This document shows, in pieces, positions 43,924-47,265 of a DNA stretch of 47,265 nt. This stretch comes from a virus (Duplodnaviria > Caudoviricetes), in IMG/VR virus record IMGVR_UViG_3300010043_000004, positions 1-47,265 of that record. One strand, 5' to 3'. The notes beneath the pieces were generated by a model, which saw only the letters and a list, made by a program, of their open reading frames with translations, was not told where the DNA came from and did not search any database. Each line of letters opens with the position of its first letter. The first letter of the stretch is position 1. The position numbers and the translations under genes are program-made.

Positions 43924-44900
43924 CAGAAATACGAGCGCATGAACTCAGCACGGTATGTAATCACATCAGTTGGGTTGTCAATGCTGGAGACTTCCGTACC
44001 GTTGTCTAGAATCTTTACAAAGCCCATAGCTGGTGCAGACGGCAGTGTTGGCGGGAGCGGCGGCGGCACCAACGGCCCATAGCGAACTGGGATTGCCAGC
44101 CCTGTAGTTTCGGTAGACTCCATCTCTTCAACACCGACATTTCCCTGAAAAGTCGAGCCATCTGACTGAGTGACTTTCAGCGGAGCCAGCGGTGTTACTC
44201 CAAGCCCATAGCCGTTGAACACATCAGCATTGCCAGTCAAGTAGCGGAATGTCACTTCATCATTCTCCGCAAAGTTGTTGTCAGCCGTTGCCGTCAGCAC
44301 TCCATCTACAATCTCAATATTGGTGACTGCTGCTCCAGGCGTCCAGACATAGCTTATGCCGCTGCTCAATGACTCAATCTGCACCCAGAGCGGCATGAGA
44401 GTCGTTGCTTTAATCGGCTCCAGATAGCCCCAGACACCGCGAATGCCACCCTGGCTATACGTGAATGTTTGGCCTCCAGGCTCATCCGGCATAAGCTGAG
44501 CATTGCCCTGCACAATTATCCGGCGCTGTGTGTTATCAATTCCAAACCACAACGGGTCGATGTTGAACTGTAGAGTTGCCATTGCGCGGCCTCCTATTAC
44601 TTCCGGCGCTACTTCTACGAATCCTGTTTCTGGCCCGCTGACTACAGGCCAATTGTGCAAATTGTCATATATAGTGACTGAATACATAATGCCTGACATG
44701 GTAGCTTGATAGCGAGCACCGCTAGGATTGTTTGTAGCTACAAGCTCAAATACTATGCCGTTGAACTGTGGAAAAGCAGTCAACCCGGTTAAAGTTAGCT
44801 TCATTCCGACTAGAAATCCTGCCATCTGATCGTTAGTGTTAATCAGCAATTGATTGCCAGTTGAGGAAATTGTGCTTATAGAAAACTGCGGCTCAGGCAT
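43923..44900 (-). CDS. Virion structural protein; probable internal start at 44582
   Basis: Two beta-rich repeats (LTGLT.FPQFNG, YLTGNADVFNG); GGAGG SD before the in-frame MATLQ. Confidence 0.6.
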   Translation of the reverse strand: MPEPQFSISTISSTGNQLLINTNDQMAGFLVGMKLTLTGLTAFPQFNGIVFELVATNNPSGARYQATMSGIMYSVTIYDNLHNWPVVSGPETGFVEVAPEVIGGRAMATLQFNIDPLWFGIDNTQRRIIVQGNAQLMPDEPGGQTFTYSQGGIRGVWGYLEPIKATTLMPLWVQIESLSSGISYVWTPGAAVTNIEIVDGVLTATADNNFAENDEVTFRYLTGNADVFNGYGLGVTPLAPLKVTQSDGSTFQGNVGVEEMESTETTGLAIPVRYGPLVPPPLPPTLPSAPAMGFVKILDNGTEVSSIDNPTDVITYRAEFMRSYF

Positions 44901-44906
44901 AGCATC

Positions 44907-45734
44907 TCACCTATATGCATCAAGCGGAAAGAAGTTCAACCTGCGGTCTCCATACGGCTCTCCGCGAAAGTCAACTGCTTGCTGTTGTCTAATCAGGCGG
45001 TTCAAAAGCAGCCTAGTCATCTCTTCTACATGCTGCATTGCCATCTGGTGCTGATCGCTGCCACGAGCAAAGCCGTAATCTCTAGCTACCATCATAGCAA
45101 GTGCCATCTCACTGTCTTGAATAGGGACTGAAACTTGACTTAAATCAACAATGTTGTCATCTAACAGCGGCAAAGTAGCTACATAGCGGATTCGCAAGTC
45201 TTTCGGGAGCAATGAGCCGCACATCCAGATGGCATCACCACGCCATTCCCAGTAGGCCATTGCCGTCGTTTGCTTAACGGCTGGCAGCCCATTTTGCGTT
45301 TGGAACATATCTTCGAATTCATTATTCGTATGTGAAGTTCTTTCCCAGAGAAGTAAGGGGTGCAGAAAATCAGGCGGGAGCTTGATGTTATGGTGCACAT
45401 TTTTGCCGTCAAAGTAGCCGTTGTAGCCAAGTCTGACTTGTATCGTCGGGTCTGGTGCACCGATGCCCCAACGGCCATGTACTGCTCTCAAATTCTCTAA
45501 GATCAGATTGTCTCTAATCACTACTCCGCCGCCAGTGATATTGCCCATTCTCTGGTAAAGCTCCATCGTGGCGGCTCTGAGCAACGGGATAGCAAATACA
45601 CCACTGTCAGTGAGAATGTGGCCTTCGCCAGGGGTTGAAGTAGCACCCATGAAACGGTCATTGACATATGTTCGAGCAAGGTCCATGACCATCTTGTAAG
45701 TAGGGTAGGGGCCGCCAATGTCAAGCAGTGGCAT
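44907..45734 (-). CDS. Head-tail adaptor (tail tubular A-like)
   Basis: LPPDFL, YWEWRGDAI, LRIRYV, PIQD; position. Confidence 0.6.
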   Translation of the reverse strand: MPLLDIGGPYPTYKMVMDLARTYVNDRFMGATSTPGEGHILTDSGVFAIPLLRAATMELYQRMGNITGGGVVIRDNLILENLRAVHGRWGIGAPDPTIQVRLGYNGYFDGKNVHHNIKLPPDFLHPLLLWERTSHTNNEFEDMFQTQNGLPAVKQTTAMAYWEWRGDAIWMCGSLLPKDLRIRYVATLPLLDDNIVDLSQVSVPIQDSEMALAMMVARDYGFARGSDQHQMAMQHVEEMTRLLLNRLIRQQQAVDFRGEPYGDRRLNFFPLDAYR

Positions 45735-45752
45735 AAATTACATCGCGGGATG

Positions 45753-46652
45753 CTAAGACGCGGTTGTATCGGTCCGCAACGATTCAGCAGCTATCTGCGC
45801 TTCCCGCGAAGCTTCGCGTGGTGTCCACCAGCGGCACTCTGGCGGCACTTGCTCTCTAGTCTTGACGCCTGCTTTGACGGCAGCTTTCCAGTCAATGACG
45901 CAGATTACGCCAGCAAGTGCGGCGGATGCATGAAAAGCAGCTCCTTCGCGGATCGGCTCTTGGCAATTGGGGCAATATGCTGGCCGCACAATGTGCTTGT
46001 GCCAAGTAGTTTCCTCATGAAAGTAATCTGCTGCAATTCGGTCATTGATAGTCAAGTATTCAGCTAAAGCTCTCGGGTTGGTCATTTCTAAGATTTTTGC
46101 TTGATCCAGCCGGGCTCGGTAGAATGCTTCTTTTCTGGCTACGGCTTTGTCGATCTCTTCATCCGTTGGCTTCGGGAAGAGACTCCAGAACACGCCGAGC
46201 TTTCCATAGTCATTGCCCTGACTGAAGATATAAGTCGGATTGACTTTGTAATCTTGATCTAGAGTCAAGTTTTCCGGGTTCACAATGTCCATTGCGACTC
46301 GTCTTGCATCATGGCTGTCAATGTATCTCTCGCCGTTTTCTCTCATCAGCGGCTGATTCATGGGGTGCGGCAGCCTGCCAATTACCGCATACTTTTCACC
46401 TTTCTTGATTTCTGTGATTTCAAGATGCGGCACCAAAGGGGGGAAACTTCGGTGCAGTTTAGCCCCAATCGGGCGCTCATCTACTACGGAGTAGATGTAC
46501 ACAAACATTTCCGGCTTTCTGAAGTTGATGGGGTCCACATAGTTCGGCCCATACAATTTTTCATTTGCCGTCATTGTGTCACGCATAGACCGCTGATTGA
46601 ACTGACCGTTGTCAGCTAAAGAAGTATTTTCAATTCTTGCGTCTGCTGGCAT
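45753..46652 (-). CDS. Hypothetical late protein with Zn-ribbon-like motif
   Basis: CPNC...FH...CVIDW; GAGGA SD. Confidence 0.7.
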   Translation of the reverse strand: MPADARIENTSLADNGQFNQRSMRDTMTANEKLYGPNYVDPINFRKPEMFVYIYSVVDERPIGAKLHRSFPPLVPHLEITEIKKGEKYAVIGRLPHPMNQPLMRENGERYIDSHDARRVAMDIVNPENLTLDQDYKVNPTYIFSQGNDYGKLGVFWSLFPKPTDEEIDKAVARKEAFYRARLDQAKILEMTNPRALAEYLTINDRIAADYFHEETTWHKHIVRPAYCPNCQEPIREGAAFHASAALAGVICVIDWKAAVKAGVKTREQVPPECRWWTPREASREAQIAAESLRTDTTAS

Positions 46653-46659
46653 TTGATCC

Positions 46660-47265
46660 TCAGTGAATTGTGATTCCTAAGCCTTGCTTGTGAATGAGTG
46701 CGGCAGCTGCATTCCAGTAGTCACTGATAGCTTTCATGCGCTTGTCAATCAGTGACGTTCTACAGCCTTGATTAGAAAAGCTAACTGGGCCGTTGAAGGG
46801 CAGCTGAGCAGCTTTTCTAGCATCTGCAATCATTGCATCAAGTTCTTTCTGCTTGCGTTCTTGCACAAGTTTGAAACCGATTTCTTTTTGCGACTCAGTG
46901 AGCTTCAGCCACTCATGCACCATCGGGATTAAGCAGTCAATCATCAAGCCGCACAGCGGCAAGTGCTCTACCACGAGCGTCGAATTGACAAGTCCCCGCC
47001 AGACAAGGGGCTGAACAGTCTGGTAATCACCATGCCAGGGAAAGTCGGCAAGGAGCTGGAGTCCGCTAGTCGGGCAAACATTGCTGGCGTACCAAATTTC
47101 AGCAGAGCCAAAGACCGCTGGGTCGATCCAGCGCTTAAGAATCCAGCAAGGCCTGCCATCCTCAAGTTCGTCTCGGTATCCGGTGTAATACCATTCCCCG
47201 CTGGCCCAAGTACCACCTCGTCTGTTGGTATAAGTTTGGCCCCAGGCCAAGATAAAGTTAGGCGA
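46660..47265 (-). CDS. 3' part of the junction-spanning hypothetical protein starting at 207
   Basis: Open frame across the terminal repeat. Confidence 0.85.
   Translation of the reverse strand, partial: SPNFILAWGQTYTNRRGGTWASGEWYYTGYRDELEDGRPCWILKRWIDPAVFGSAEIWYASNVCPTSGLQLLADFPWHGDYQTVQPLVWRGLVNSTLVVEHLPLCGLMIDCLIPMVHEWLKLTESQKEIGFKLVQERKQKELDAMIADARKAAQLPFNGPVSFSNQGCRTSLIDKRMKAISDYWNAAAALIHKQGLGITIH
47143..47265. repeat. Exact terminal direct repeat (copy 2)
   Basis: Identical to 1-123. Confidence 0.97.

Noticed and set aside
1-47265. Genome-wide stop-codon reassignment, tRNA genes, tape measure or sheath genes
   Set aside because: Standard-code ORFs tile the genome with only one in-frame TGA; no tRNA cloverleaf or long-tail genes were seen by eye, though tRNAscan was not run

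Overview
A complete, circularly closed temperate phage genome of about 47,142 bp; bases 1-123 are repeated exactly at 47143-47265. It looks like a P22-style podovirus with no tape measure or sheath gene. The host cannot be determined from the sequence; a soil bacterium such as an Acidobacterium is only a guess. The - strand late operon runs TerS, TerL, portal, scaffold, major capsid protein, a HiPIP-like Cys protein and a GroES co-chaperonin. It continues across the junction through adaptor, tail hub, GNAT-like protein, ejection proteins and a Ser/Thr/Trp-repeat fibre, ending in a glycosyltransferase and a methyltransferase. A second - strand block carries Xis, a tyrosine integrase, a candidate attP, ERF and YqaJ recombination genes, a replication initiator with phased TGCTAGCA iterons, VRR-NUC, and a GREB1/TAGT-type DNA glycosylation module that has no visible base-hydroxylating enzyme. 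The most unusual parts are non-coding. (1) An approximately 300-nt + strand structured RNA (about 11282-11590) with seven or more helices and a pseudoknot, divergent from the terminase operon. (2) An array of five near-consensus sigma70 promoter cassettes (13.77-17.07 kb). Each has the same 14-bp quasi-palindromic operator, and four of them have an ATG at the predicted +1 in frame with a second SD-led ATG. (3) A terminator at 19341-19381 whose - strand loop is the exact complement of the shared early-gene ribosome-binding motif. (4) A structured capsid-gene leader that sequesters the start codon. AGCT is strongly over-represented in patches. No endolysin or canonical CI repressor was recognisable.
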